A stretch of 64,000 bases of DNA from assembly GCA_965644295.1 (NCBI GenBank), contig CBFFRP010000184.1, positions 62,001-126,000 on the forward strand, given 5' to 3'. The notes under the pieces are model-generated. The model was not told the origin of the DNA. It ran no database searches and saw only the letters and a list, made by a program, of their open reading frames with translations. Both the position numbers and the translations under genes were made by a program. This stretch comes from Paraphysomonas bandaiensis. Lineage: Eukaryota; Protista; Chrysophyceae. Below, piece after piece: positions 1 to 17,439 of this stretch; position 1 is the first letter of the stretch, and every line of letters begins with the position of its first letter.

Positions 1-3000
1 ATTCTGTACTTTCAAAACTATGCCCATTGAATGTTAGTTTGGGCACAACAAACTTTGCTTCATGTGCGATTGGAGCAATACAACTAACTTCATTGGCATC
101 AGGGTCCACAACTAAAGCATCACTGACAAAATCATCAAACATACATCTAACAGTGCCAATATGTACGATGTTTGACAACCGAGGAGATTTGATACTAAAC
201 TTTACCACAGTGCCACCGTCTACAATACCACTATCTGGGAGCATCATGTCCACTCGAAGACGACCAGAATATAAAAACGGTATAGAATTTGTCGTATATG
301 TGCTTGTATTACGGCAGAATACACGTACATCGACTACTGAGTCCAAATAACTATTCAAACTTGGCGGTGTCTGACACGTAATTGAAACAGCGGTAGTCGA
401 TTCTGGCAGGGCAAGCATCGATACTCCCGAAAATTCACACGAATACAAAAAGGATGGGTTAAAGCCGATTCCCGAGAGATGAACCACGGTATATCCAGTT
501 GCAGGACCAATATCAGGGGATATACTAGTCAAAGAAAATTCCTCGTAAACAAATATATGTGCGACATGTCTAAAATCGACGCCATTTTCAGTGTACTCCA
601 ATTCCATTTCACCTGCACGAAGAAGGGGTGGCAGCATACAAAATACTCTAGTCGATGATTCAAAAACCGCAGTAAGAAAATATTCGCCTAATCGACAGGC
701 TCGCTCAGAGTAATCACCGAAGCCTTCGCCACTAATCGCAATAAAGGAGCCCTTCGATGGAACAACCGACACATCAGTGCTAGATACACCACTTATTGAA
801 AAAGGGGTCGTATATTCGAAATACATTCCAGTCGTGAAGTTGCTCGAATCGTAAGTAACGGAAAACATTTCTTTAGACGGTGTTGAAAGTGCTGGAGATA
901 TGCAATGCAAAACGGATGATGAAATGCGTCTAGCAAATGACGAAAGAGGCCCAAAAACACAACGAATATCATTTCTATTTGGAAACGACTCTCCCCGAAC
1001 TTCTATGACTGTGCCACCAGATATGTCTCCATGATATGGACTGATTGAGTTTACAACGACGTGCGAATGGTATACAATCTCAAAAGGTGTAGCAGGAAAA
1101 AAATCATTACCATTCAAAGACACTTGTAATGCTAATGTACCTGGAAAATTTCTTCCAGGGATAGAGCATGATATGACGTTGTCACTAAGAATCACACCGG
1201 TAGTTACACCAGTTCCAGCCTTACAGAATGCAACCGTGTTTGGGACAGAAAATCCTGCACCATGAACACTAACTTTACCACCCTCCAGAGGTATTTCATT
1301 CGGTACAACTTTTATAACTGAGGGATCCGCAAAGTAGTAAAATGTCACACCTGACGATGACACAATATTGCCACCAATACCGACATGAATGGGAATGGGT
1401 CCTACGTATGATGGCGGCAAGGTACATGACACTGAAGACGGAGATTCGAACACTGCCGGAACTATATGACGACCAATAATGCATTCATAACTTACAGATG
1501 ACATGAACAAAGATCCGAGTATATTAACCCTGGTCCCTCCAGTTACACTACCTGATGATGGAACAACATGTCTAATTCCAATCGGTCGCATAAGTACAAA
1601 AGGAAGTCCAAGATGACCGACGGCATCAGCAGTTACCAATGAAATACTGACGACATCAAATGAAAACGGCGTTGAAATATTCAGTGGACAGAGAACAGTG
1701 GTCGAATCTATAACACTCGCCATTACTATGTTCATAGCATTTTTGTTAAAACTACAGTACATTGCACTGTCGTAACCAACTCCAACATCAGTTGTTATGT
1801 ATATATCACTATATTCCCCAAGCAGTCCAACTGAAGGAGACAAGTGCACGGCACGTGGCATATCGAACACTTCAAAAGACGATTCGACAATGACAGCCCC
1901 AGCGACAACCCACGAAACTGTGTGTTTACCGTGTTCTAGCTCAGCGAATGATACATCGCAAGTAACTGAAGTATTCCCAACTGACGCAATCACTCTAGTT
2001 CTTTGAATTCCATTTACTACACAAAACGAATGCTCATCGGGAACAAGAAGTTCTCTATCGAAATCAAATGTGTACGCCGACTGCGTCTGAAGTCCATAAG
2101 GTATTCTCGCAGGCTTCGAGGAAAGTAGACTTGGGGTCGGGAGAACTTCGAAATCCACAAAATTTGATGTTGCTGTATTCCCAATTCGAAGTGAAAGTGA
2201 AGTTAAACCAGGAGGAATTCTTTCCTCCTGTGCACTGCAAGTACTCCGCATCAACACATCCTCTCCCACGTGCACAAAGGTTGACACGCAAGGTACTTCC
2301 AACACGTTCCCGATGACGCAAGAAACATCTCTATTTAAGTCAACTATAGGATTCGATATCAAAAGATGGAGTTTGAATCCGCCTTTATCGAACACTTTCG
2401 ACGGAGAATAACTTTCAATGTTCGGTGGCAACATGCAATTTACTGCTCCGAGGGAAAAGAAGTAATGTCCGTCTAAAGACAACTCAATCCCAATGGTTGC
2501 AGATAAATTCGTACACATTAAAGAGCATACGACGGCGGTATTATTGATGACATTGACGTCGACAATTTCCATATCCCGTCCGAGAGAGTTTGACCTACAA
2601 GCTACACGATATCCGAATTCATCCAGTCTAAGTGGTTCGTCGAACCGTACTATCACGGGTGTAGGGTCATTTGATGGAGAAATAGTTAAGGGTTTGATCT
2701 CGTCAACCTTCGGAAGATAGTAATATGTCACATTCGCTTCGTATACTGGATCAACTTGACCGTCCAACATTAAATACGTGGGCACAAGCAGGGTATTCGT
2801 TCCATTTGTTTTAAAATAGCCTGCCCAATCATGTCCACTCAACACGCTTTGTTTCGGACAAGGGCATGCGACGTGTGTGTCCGTTACTTCGACAGGTGGA
2901 AATGACAACGAGCCCACATGACAAGATACCATGTCGCCATATTGTTCTAGGTGGGATCCGTAGATATAAAAACCTGTTGTCGAACCACGGTGAGGGCAGA

Positions 3001-6000
3001 ATACCTTTTCGTTCAGTGCTCTTGAGAAAACAGGACTTTCTAGTACCATAACAGAAAGTTTCGACGACTCAACATCAATCTGATTAATAGATATATCAAC
3101 ATCTCTGAAGGAAGGGTACGATATAGACGACAACTCCACCGTGCACTGCATTAAACTTGAGCTGAGAACAGAAGCATTGAAAAATATGCCATCTACATAG
3201 CAGGAAAGGAGCGGTGTCTGTCGAAACCCTTCACCAGATAGAGTCAAAACTGTAGGGGTGTTTTCAGCAACTACTTTGGGGTTCACATCAGAAATTTCAG
3301 CTGATGCGACAATTGTCAGCGCTGTTACGAACACAGAATTTGGGTTATGCTGCAGCGAAAACCCAATCAAAATGTGATCAGCCGACCGACCTGATGCTAT
3401 TAATTCACTGGTTAAAATACTTGGGCACTGGCAAAACAGTGAGGTTGAGTTGGTAGAAATCGGAGCCACAGTATACGTCTGCTCCAAGAACGAAGGTGCA
3501 AATTCGCATTTGATGTCATCATATCCATCAAAACTACCCACCAACTCAACAACAGTGACTTCATTCGTCGAAATTACTTGTGGGTAAACAGATGTCACAT
3601 TGGGATGACTCAAAATTCTGAGAGTATGCGACTTTACAAATAACCTTTGCCCTGTACTATGGATAACAACATTTATGTCGTAGTAACCAGGAGGAATAGC
3701 CGACGTAATGTTACAAATTATCACTGCACCGGAATCAGTGTCACTCCAATCTGCGGGGAAGCTTGCTGACAATGATTCAACAAGGCAACGCAACTTGGTC
3801 GCCTGCAGCTGCGGCATCATAGCCTTGCCGACGGAAAATACAACAGCCTTGTCCATGTCCATCTCAAAGAAAGTAGATGGAGTCATATGTGTAACGCGAA
3901 TTTGTGAAACCACTTCCACAGAGAGTTTATCAATTGGGTCAATAAATTGTTGGCCATTTAAACTAAAACTCACACGATATACTCCCTCTCGCAATGGAGG
4001 AACAGAACAAACCGCTACTTTGTTGCTAATAATTACCATTGGCAGAGTGGATGATCCAACTCGACAAACAGCGGTTCGATGAGGATGAGAAGTTACATTT
4101 TGTGATGTCTCATGGAAATGATTTCCAGTGAACAGAATATTAAATGAAATATCAGCAATAGCCACGTCTGGGGAAACAATATTAATAATAGGCTGAACTA
4201 CGTATGAAAAAATTAGAGTGCTTTCAAGAAGCGTATGACCACCGTCAATTGATAGTTGCAGTGGTACATCAACGCGGGAATGGTTTGAAGTCAAGCTATG
4301 GGCAGGAGACGTGCATACAGCTCTATTGAGGTCAACATACTCAGCAACAACAAGTTCACCATCAAATGAACATAGAGCGGCAGCCGGACCGCCTTGACCA
4401 ACACCTTCCGCGGAAATAAGCACTTTTACGCCGCCTTCAGGAAACCCAAGAAGTGGTGAACCAGATATTTCCGATGGAACAAACAGCTTTAAGATAGTGA
4501 GCCCTGTATCATAGTCCTCAAAACAATTCAACTTTAAAGTCAACGGAGATTCGAATCCATGATCAATAGAGGACCACTGAGAGGGAATAGGACATCGAAG
4601 TTCAGTGGAAGACAGCACATCTCCTTCAGTAACATCGAACCCAAACGCACAACATATTCTATTGAGGTCATCAAAACCATGCCCTCTCAAAAGTACACTT
4701 GTAGCTGAGTCAGAAACTGCTGTCGGAGATACAGAGTAGATACTTGGAGGCGATACGTACGTAAATTTATGACCAGTCGGTACAAAGTCAATCCCATTGG
4801 GAGACACTGATATCTCCACAGTTGACGGAGTACTGCTTGGGACACGACAATTTAGAGCCCAACCTGCAACACCAGCTCTTAGAAACGTAGACGAGAACTC
4901 GGACACCTTCTCGCCGAAACGACATTTCCAGTCTCCATATCCAGTCATGTTGCTGCTGTACAAGACGACATCAACACCACCAAACTCTGTGCTCAAAAGC
5001 GAATTTACTTCATCAAAAGTTGGAGGATTCACAAAGCGGAATGGTACCACTAAGAGTGAAATTTCAGTGCTTCTGGAATGAATAGATAAAATAGCATCAA
5101 CTGCAGCATCTACAGATGGGGAGTGGCAGTAAGCCGATTTACTCGATGCAATTATCACATCAGTTTCTACCACTTTATTGTTGTAAGTAAAGGCGCAGTA
5201 ATACACATCGTCCGAAGAAAACCCGTTACCCACAATAGAGAGTCGCGTGCCACCGTACGTCAAGCTTACATGAGGGGTGACGGAGTTTACTGGGGCGTTT
5301 TCAATAAAATGAAATGACAGGAAATGAGATTTCCAAGACTCATCAACGACAAGTGCTGATATCGGCGTGTAGGCACTGCATATTACTACTCTCACTAACA
5401 CCTGCCCATGATCATGTGCTGGTGTTTTACAAAGAGTCTCTGTGAACACTTCATATTCTGTAAATGCGAGAGCATTTGATAGCACGCCATCTATCTCGCA
5501 ACATATTTCAACACCAGACGTATCAGGTATACCTAGTGCACCACCTAAAACTGCAATTTCTTGTCCACCAGATACGCTACCAGTCTCGGGCGTAACCCGA
5601 TCCAAAAACAAACGAGGGACAATCTCAATGGATTCTAGCACAGTGAAGTGCTCCCGATTTAAAGATAGTTCCAGGTTATACTTTCCGGGAGGAAGAGATG
5701 GAACAGTGCAATACACTACGCTCTTCAACACATCCGCATTGGAGACAGTCCCATCAACACGGCACAATGCATTACCAGCATTGATAGTTTCAAAAAAACG
5801 CACAGCAACTTTCCAGCCTCCTGTCTCTGGGCCAATCCTCGGACTCACAGAAATAGTGTTCAAAGGATCAAAGTATTTAAAAGTAGCGAAGCTCCAACTC
5901 TGAAGAGTTCTACCTGTGAGTATACTGACATCAACTAGACTGTCACTGTAGAGACCGGTTGGCGACACGCAGCTCACAGACGTGGGGGACAAATACGTTG

Positions 6001-9000
6001 CTTCCATTAACACCCTACCAAATGAACAGTGGTATGAACTCTCTGGGGAAAAACCAGTGCCCGTGACAACGACACTGGTGCCACCAGTCCGAGGGCCGGA
6101 TGTGGGGCTAACGTAATTCACATACACTGGGGAGACATATGTGAACTGTATTCCGCTCGAGGTAAAATCAATGCCATTATTGGATACTTCCACATCAACA
6201 GTCGCGGCCACAATGGAAATTGGTGACCGACATATCACGGCTGTGCTGTTGACGTATACTGCCAGCACTATACTCCTACCAAATTTACATTTTAATCCAG
6301 CGCTCTCCACGAAATGAAACCCATAAACAGCTACCTCAGTACCTCCTGAGGTATATCCAACGCTTGGACTGATGCCGCTAATCAATTCTCTTTCAATAAA
6401 ATAATATCGTAAGAACGAGGAACTGAACTGCTGTCCGTTATTACTCAGTCGAATATCAACAGCGCCCGGAATGTGTCCAGGTGTAATACAAGTCACCGAA
6501 TTAGACGACACACGGGTGGCTAGTACGCGATAACTTGACGAGCCAAACTCACACATCATTTGCGTACGAGGTCCAAAGTTAGATCCACTGACCTTCAATT
6601 CCGTACCCCCGCTTTCAGGTCCAAATGAGGGTTCCACAGCCATTATATTTATATCATCCAAATATTCAAATATAATTCCCGTCGAAACATAGTGGACACC
6701 ATTCACTGATAACTCTAACTCATGTCGGCCAGATAGCGTTTGAGAAGGAGAAACGCAAGTAATATGACTCTCAGAAACGTAAGATGCAATAGAAGTGAAA
6801 TCCCCGAAACGACAGACTGTCTTATCCCTCAGAAAGTTTGATCCATATATGTGAATCACAGTACCCCCTGACTTGGGACCGAAGTTGGGTTCAATAGATG
6901 ATATCTTCGGCTTGCTAACAAAAGAAAGAGGAATTTTGTGCCCAGAAAGATCGACACCGTTTAGTGACACATCGAGGAAAACATTTCCTTGAATGAGGTA
7001 TGGCGCAATGCAACGAATTGCAGTCCCATTAATAATTTCCATTGCAGGCACAAATTCACCATTGAACACACAAAACGGCTCACTACCTCCCTGAAACGCC
7101 GTTCCAAAAATAGTAATTGGATGGTCACTTCCACTTATTAGGGTAGTCGGAATAGCGTTGCTGAGGGTGGCCTGTGAGGTATACCGAAACCGTAATTTCG
7201 AATCAATGTAATCCTTTCCGTTCAGGGATAGACGTAAAAAAGTATCCGTTGGAAAATGTTTCGGTGTTGTGCACATCATACTAGTTTTAGAAATATACTG
7301 CGCGGCGGTTACGATAGTGTCAAACATACACGTCGCCTCTGAAGACCATGTAAATCCTGACCCTGATATAAGGACATTCTGTCCTCCAAGTTCGCTGCTA
7401 CTGGATGGAAAAACTCCATGAAGAAGTGGAGGATCATAGAAGTGAAACGGGAAGCCACCAACATCACCAACACCAGCCGCATAGACCAATCGAATTTCTT
7501 GAGGATAGCCTTTTGCTGAGAACTCAAGATACTGTGTTTCACATTGCCATACGTTTTCACCCACTTTGACAACGACAGAATAAATATTACCGAATGTACA
7601 GTATAGCGGCATATTCGATACTTCGTTGCCAATAGATATAGATATCACCGTACCACCAGCTCGTGAACCAGATGTGGGACTCGTACTGATCACATTAAGA
7701 AGTGACACATAAGTAAATTTCAATCCACTAGAAGTAAAATCAACTCCGTTATTCGCAATATCAAAATCAACAGCTCCGACAGAAGTAGATATAGGAGACC
7801 GACATTTCATCAGCGTGCTATTAACATAATGTGCAACAACAAGAGTCGAGCCAAACTTGCACTTCGAAACAGTAGAGTTTACAAAATTCGATCCCCTAAT
7901 AGTAACATCAGATCCACCGCTAAGCACACCAGCAGAAGGGAAAAAGGAGGTTGCAAATTGCTGTGGGTGGAACTCAAAAGTCTTATGTGATTCGCTAAAC
8001 TGCTGTCCGTTATTACTCAGTCGAATATCAACAGCGCCCGGAATGTGTCCAGGTGTAATACAAGTCACCGAATTAGACGACACACGGGTGGCTAGTACGC
8101 GATAACTTGACGAGCCAAACTCACACATCATTTGCGTACGAGGTCCAAAGTTAGATCCACTGACCTTCAATTCCGTACCCCCGCTTTCAGGTCCAAATGA
8201 GGGTTCCACAGCCATTATATTTATATCATCCAAATATTCAAATATAATTCCCGTCGAAACATAGTGGACACCATTCACTGATAACTCTAACTCATGTCGG
8301 CCAGATAGCGTTTGAGAAGGAGAAACGCAAGTAATATGACTCTCAGAAACGTAAGATGCAATAGAAGTGAAATCCCCGAAACGACAGACTGTCTTATCCC
8401 TCAGAAAGTTTGATCCATATATGTGAATCACAGTACCCCCTGACTTGGGACCGAAGTTGGGATATAGTGACTCTGCAAGAGGTGGGTCGGCGTAATAAAG
8501 TCGCAACCCCGAGGTTGTTAAATCGATTCCATTTACAGAAACTTCAAATTTTAAATCACCACTAAACGATCTCGGAAGTGGACAGTCAAATGTTGTTGCA
8601 TTGTGTGCAGGGCCTACAAATGTAGACAACCCTTCACCGTAGTAACATGTTTCAACAGTTTCTGCCACCGCAGTTGAAAGGGTCACAGTAATAGCGTCGG
8701 ATATACCAGCACTCAAAAGTTTTGGCTCAACGGATAATATAGACGGGTTTTCATAATAACGAAAAGGCACAGAAAAATCTTCACCATCATCAACAACAAA
8801 TCTCAAACTGCTACTACTTGATGTGTATTTGATGGGCGCATCACATTGAACAGATGTTGAAGTCAAGTACTGGCCAATCGTGGCAATTTCATCAAAATAA
8901 CAAACAAAATAGGACGACGCTCTGAAGTTATTACCGAGAATCGTTACTTTGGAGGTGCGACCAAGTGGCACAGATGATGGAACCACCCGTATGTTATCCA

Positions 9001-12000
9001 AAGCATCCACTATTCTGATATTACCCATTCTATGATAAGTATTTCCATTCAAAGATAACTGTAAAACAACCATTCCAGTTTCGTTAAATATAAACGGACA
9101 TGAGCACGACATGGGACTCAACATGACACCTCGAACTTCCATATTTTTATGCTTGCAAACAGGTGTCAAATAGTGATATATCTGTTCAAAAGAGATTAAT
9201 TCGTTTTCATTCCAAGTGAGTACTACCGACATTGGTGTATCTACCACACCAACTGCCGGAGATATATCAATAGCATCGAGTGGTGGATAAATTCCAATGT
9301 AAGAAGACGAGCCACCAGTCAGTGAAATATCACCACTGCGTATATCAAGTGATACACTTGCATTTAAACTATGCGGTTTTATTCCCATACATATCAATGA
9401 ATTCTCGCCGACGATGACTGCACCCACTAGATTATCTCCATCGATAATGCAAGTAATTTCCATAAAATCGAACAAATTTGCGGCAAAAACATTGACTGTG
9501 ACCTGTATACTAGACTGTTGATATAACGGTATAACAGGAGGTTGCAAATTCACAATTTCAAAAGGAGGTACTACAATGCCGCTAACCTCTGTCTCCACAT
9601 GTATTCCATTCTGTATTACACCGACAGAGAGTGTTCCATTCCCTAAAAACGTCGATGCAGCTGGAACAACGCAAGTGAGAGATGACGAATCCATGTAAAG
9701 AGGTTTATTTGTGTAGCCATTCACAGAACACGTTGTTGTTGCAGAAACGCGAAAGTTTTGCCCGTTAATCACAACCGCATTATCTATACCACGAGGGAAA
9801 TTTTTTGGAGATATTGAATGAATTTGAGGTGGATTCCAATATGTAAAAGGCAGCGATGACTGTGAAAACTGTATCCCATTTAGGGATACCCTCACCATGA
9901 CAATTTTTGGAATCGACATCACCGGTGTGACGCACATCAACTCATTACTTGATATAAACACAGCAGGTGTAGATATATCACCAAAAAGACAGAATAGAGT
10001 GTCATAATTTTTGAAATTGGAGCCAGTTAGCACCACGTCTTGCCCCCCAGAAATTACACCACCATTCGGAGACAACGAAGATAAAATAACTTCCGACTCA
10101 TACGTATAGACCATATCCGTTTCAAATACTAAATGTCCGTATGCAATACTAAAAGTGACCACGGCAGGGGACAGAAATGTACTCGTGTGCTGAGCAGGAG
10201 TGGTACACGAAATTGAGGATGTATTCATCCATATTACAGGAACATGTACATTTCCAAATACACACTCCAACCTGGGCGCATAATCGAAGATGCCGCTCAC
10301 CTCCAGTGGAGTACTACCGGAAACAGGCCCATGCATGACACTCATTGAGTATAAAACCGGTGCATTTAATATATAAAAATTCAACCCGTCCCCTGAGCTC
10401 CACATGTTATTTCCCCACACTAGTTTGACTGTATATAACCCTGCCAATGCGACTTCCGGTGACGTGCACGTGGACCTATCTGTGCCATATATAACCGCCG
10501 GTGTCGATATAATAGTCTGTCCATTCGACCATTCACAATTTTGAGAGCCAACATCAATGAAACCTGAGCCCACAAGAACAACAGCGTCACCACCAGATGA
10601 CAGTGCAACGTTGGGATAAAGCGCTGAGAGTGTCGGTGGAAGAACATAATCAAAATAGACGCCGGAAGTATTCAACAAGCCCATTGTAGTTTCCAGCTGA
10701 ACAATTGTTCTTTTCGGAAAAGGAGCCGAAGGAGTAAGGCACGAAAGTTCCGACGGCGATAACACTGTAGCTTTGGAGCGCAAACCACCAATATCTCTGA
10801 ATACACAATGCAAGTCAAAGATGTCACTGAAATTAGAGCCAAACAACACAACTTGAGTATTTCCCTCTACAGCGCCAATTTTTGGAGAAATACTTTCCAA
10901 AACAGGTGGGGCATACAAATGCACAACATGGCCAGTATCATGAAATTGCCGCCCATTAGAAGAAAGCATAACCGAGACACGACCAACTGTACCCTGGAGT
11001 ACACTCGGCAGCACACATTCCAGAGTAGAACTTGAAAAATACAGAGCTGGAGTATTGCCGACATTGTCGAACCGACATGCAGTACGCGATGAATTGACGA
11101 AACCCGACCCACGAAGCTGAATGACTTGTCCACCAGCTATACTTGCCGGCAAAATTGATGGCTCTACCCAGTACACAGTCGGAATAATAGCAAAAGTGAA
11201 CCACAGATGCTGCTGATGCGACTCCTGTACACTATATACAACAGACACAGGAACATCTCCACTGACATTCATGGAAGGTGAATTACACATGACTGCGATG
11301 GGCGATAGGCGAGTCGCAGGGGTGTAGACTCCATCTCCAAACAAACAAAATACTGGAGCTGGAAGTAGGTTCTGTACACGAACAATAAGTTCAGTTCCAC
11401 CATAAGTACTGCCTACGTCCGGAGAAATTGACTCCAATACTACAGGAGAAGACACATAAGCGGTCATCGGGTTGCTGACAACTCCAGCTTCAGTGATAAC
11501 ATTGATCACCACACTCCCTTCCCTCAACAACACTCCAGCAGGTACATTACAGCGAACACGTTCATGTGATAAAACTTTTGCGGCTGAAGTAAACTCCCCG
11601 AATAAGCACAAACTCACATCCGACGTAAATGTCTTCCCCATTATATCCACATGGAACTCTTTGGAACTGTTTCCATTGCTATATGGAAAGACCACAGGCG
11701 ATAAATATAAAACTTCAGGAATCGAAGAAAATGATATACCCACCGGGAGGTTTATTCGTGATTGCATTGAATTCGATCTATCAACACCGTCTGATGCACT
11801 AACATTCAATGAAATATTGGTCGATGTAACTTGACGAGGAATAGATACTCGGATGTATGAAACAGATTCCGAGGCATCTTCAGCTGATGCAGTGTAAGTT
11901 ATCACTGTGTCGTTGAAGCCGTCCCCAACGGCAGTTGATGCAGAAAAGTCAAGGCCATAAGTACTTGCGAGAGTTACCGTCGCGGGGTTGTGCATGTCGC

Positions 12001-14037
12001 CATTGCTCGCAGATATACCAACCGTCATCGCCAATACATCATTAGTTTCCCACCCGTCAATATCAATAACTTGGAAAGGCTCCAACGACAATATTGAGTC
12101 CGACAAAACTACATCAAGGACATCAGTAACTGGGGAAATCGTTAGTTGAACTACTGCTTCTTCCGAACTACGCTCACTGACGGAGCAACTTACGGAGTAA
12201 GAAAGCCAATCACTACCAGAAAAATCTTTTATCGGCCAATATAATACTGTGTTCGACGTTAACGTACTTCCAGAAAACAATTGAGTCCCAGGATCTAGAC
12301 TAGGAAAAGGTGCGGTATTTATGCCATCTGGAGCGTCAAATAATAATCCATTTTCGGGAAGAGATACAATCCGAAACTCCAAATTCGAGCCTAGAGAATC
12401 CGAACTATTTAACATGATCAGCACAGGGTGGTCTTCCGATGTCGTGACAGTATCCGATATCGGTGCCTTAGATGTTACCCATTTGTCATTCGCAGACAGC
12501 TGTAGCTCCATCGAATATAAAGGAGAGAATGTCGCTTGCAAGTCATTAGTCATACTAGTAGTATATACCCCACGCCCTTCATCAAATGAAAAATAGGCAA
12601 TGACGTGACTTAGATCGCGTTCTTCCGGGGTAGATTTGAATAGCCGCAATATATCTGCTTCCACTGATATATTCCAAAGACTTAGCGAGTCCATAAGACC
12701 AGGATAATCTGTGGAATTATCGCTATCCATCACTCGTGGGGCGCCAATATACAGCATGTCTCCGTTATCAGGAATCACATCGGCAATCCATTTATTGGAA
12801 GCTACTTCAGTGCCATTCACGAACACACGGACATATTGGCCATCCCATGTAACACCCAAATGAAACCAACTAACGAAATCATGGATTTTAGAGTTACCAA
12901 TATTGGACCGCCACTCAAATGCCCAGTTCAAGCTACTACCGTCATCTGGGCGTGTCTCACCGAACTGCACACTGATCCAACGATCACCGGAAACAACGTC
13001 ATCTGACATTACCATTCTAAGCCCAAGTGACTGATCAGTCGTTTTTTCAAGTAAAACCATGTCGCCAATTAAATTCTGTAACGGGGGAAGCTGAAGCCAC
13101 ATCATTGCGCTGAATTGCATCAACGATCCGAAGGAACCTGAAGTATCAACATTGAGGCCGAAACCGTCCAGATCAACAGCAAAACCAGAGCTGCCAGCAA
13201 CGACTGGATAATGAATTCTTTGGGCCATACGTAAAAAATTCAGTTCGTCACAAGAAAGGGCACTCGCATATACAAAGAGGTTATCAACATGTCCAATGAA
13301 ACCTGGTGCATCAGGAGCACCACCCACGAGTAGCGCCCCCTCGGCGGGCTTAAACATGGAATCCAAAGCGGCGTACACCTCCCCGTCAACGATCAGGGTA
13401 GATTCACCAGTGAGTGCATTGTATGATACAGCCACAAACATCCACTCGTTTGGCCGCAACGTGTGACTATTATTGTTTGGAGTTGCACATGCCCGAAGTC
13501 CTCCATCAATAACGACCCCCCTCTGACAGCCGGCGGAGCTGAAATTGCTGTGGGTAAACAAATATCTAGGGCGATGATTATACATTAACGTATTAAAGGA
13601 TAACTACGTATGACATACCTATCACGTGATAGTTTACTGTCTTTTGAAGAAGGTCGAATCCATGCGCCAATAGTTAAGCTCGGCATACTTGTTGGATTAA
13701 GGTTTAAAGGAACTTCAATGAAGCTGCTACCATCAAAGAACAGACTCCATCCTTGAACAGCGATAGAGGAAGGCTTGGCCCCATAATTGACAGCCGGACC
13801 GGATAGTCTGAAAATAAATAATCAAAAATTTTGAAAATAAACATACACCTACCGTTCATACTGTGCGTCGCCGAATGGTGCAGCATTGAATAAATCATCA
13901 GGCTCCAAAGGAAAGAATCCGACCAGACGATCTTGCTTCAACAACGAGTAAGGCTCATACTCCAATGGAGATGACGCCGTTCTCGCAATAACAGCCGCAA
14001 AAAGTAAAAATAATATGACAGTACTGCTACTCAACAT
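1..14037 (-). CDS. Giant secreted/surface protein: signal peptide, two LamG (concanavalin A-like) domains, Ig-like segment, then a long IPT/TIG repeat array; 3' end lies outside the window (>4,600 aa)
   Basis: Exon 1 14037-13853 (MLSSSTVILFLLFAAVIA signal peptide). GT-AG introns at 13852-13808 and 13618-13566. Exon 3 starts at 13565 (EWMFVAVSYN...LIVDG...GFIGHVDNLFVY = LamG). The same frame at base 2 still reads PKLTFNGHSFE. Repeated SISPxxGPxSGGTxVxVxG...CxFG...CxSP...VSxNGxDF motifs are IPT/TIG. The ORF track omits it, consistent with no stop codon inside the window. Confidence 0.9.
6426..6889. repeat. 464-bp perfect internal repeat, copy 1 (matches 7998-8461)
   Basis: AACTGCTGTCCGTTATTACTC...GGACCGAAGTTGGG is identical by eye at offset 1572 bp (524 codons, in frame). 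Confidence 0.95.
7998..8461. repeat. 464-bp perfect internal repeat, copy 2 (matches 6426-6889)
   Basis: Direct sequence comparison with copy 1. Confidence 0.95.
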
Positions 14038-14681
14038 CCTCTAAAAGAAATATAAACAACTCATAAAATTTCTAGCCATAATGCACCGCTGCACAAAATA
14101 TAATATTATAAGAGATATATACACATTAATTTGCGATGTGGTCGTGTAATAAATACTTGATCACAGTTTTGTGGTGCACACTGGTGGTTTAATGAGGTGT
14201 GTTTCACCATATCAGGCGTTTTGCTATTCAAAAGGGCGATCGATGTGTGTAGTTGGTTGTATTGTCTTGTATATTGGACACCTGTCGTTTCCTTTTCAGT
14301 CTACAATAAAACACATACATACCGCACACCGTTCTCAACGGAATGTTTTTTGCATACTTCTGTGCTGCAGTGGGATTCCTACCGCTGTATTCCATACTGT
14401 ATTGCAGTAGATACTTGTTTGTACTGTACCGCTGTGGTTGTACCTGGCTGTATTAGAAGGAGCATCGAAACAGGTACGCATGCCAAATCACATACGCTGC
14501 CGCACAGTAGTAGGATTCCCAAGTGCATATACCTCTATACCATATCCAGATATGCTTGAGAATTGATTAGAGAAGAATGTTCCTTTACATGCATAAGTGA
14601 GTCCAGCAAAACTGCACATTAAGCAGATAGCAACTCTGTTATGTACTATTAATTGTTTTACTACGATGAGCATCATTCAAT

Positions 14682-17338
<2,657 letters not shown>

Positions 17339-17439
17339 CCACCCTCACATGCCGGTATTTTTCAGTGGTGTGCATTGCACTCTTTAAGAATTAGGCTGAC
17401 ATGTAGGGTGGTGAACTGTAACTGCATAGTTTTATGGAC

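Noticed and set aside
27-12596. Many short plus-strand Thr/Ser-rich ORFs and short off-frame minus-strand ORFs
   Set aside because: They are antisense or off-frame shadows of the giant IPT gene and carry no independent motifs.
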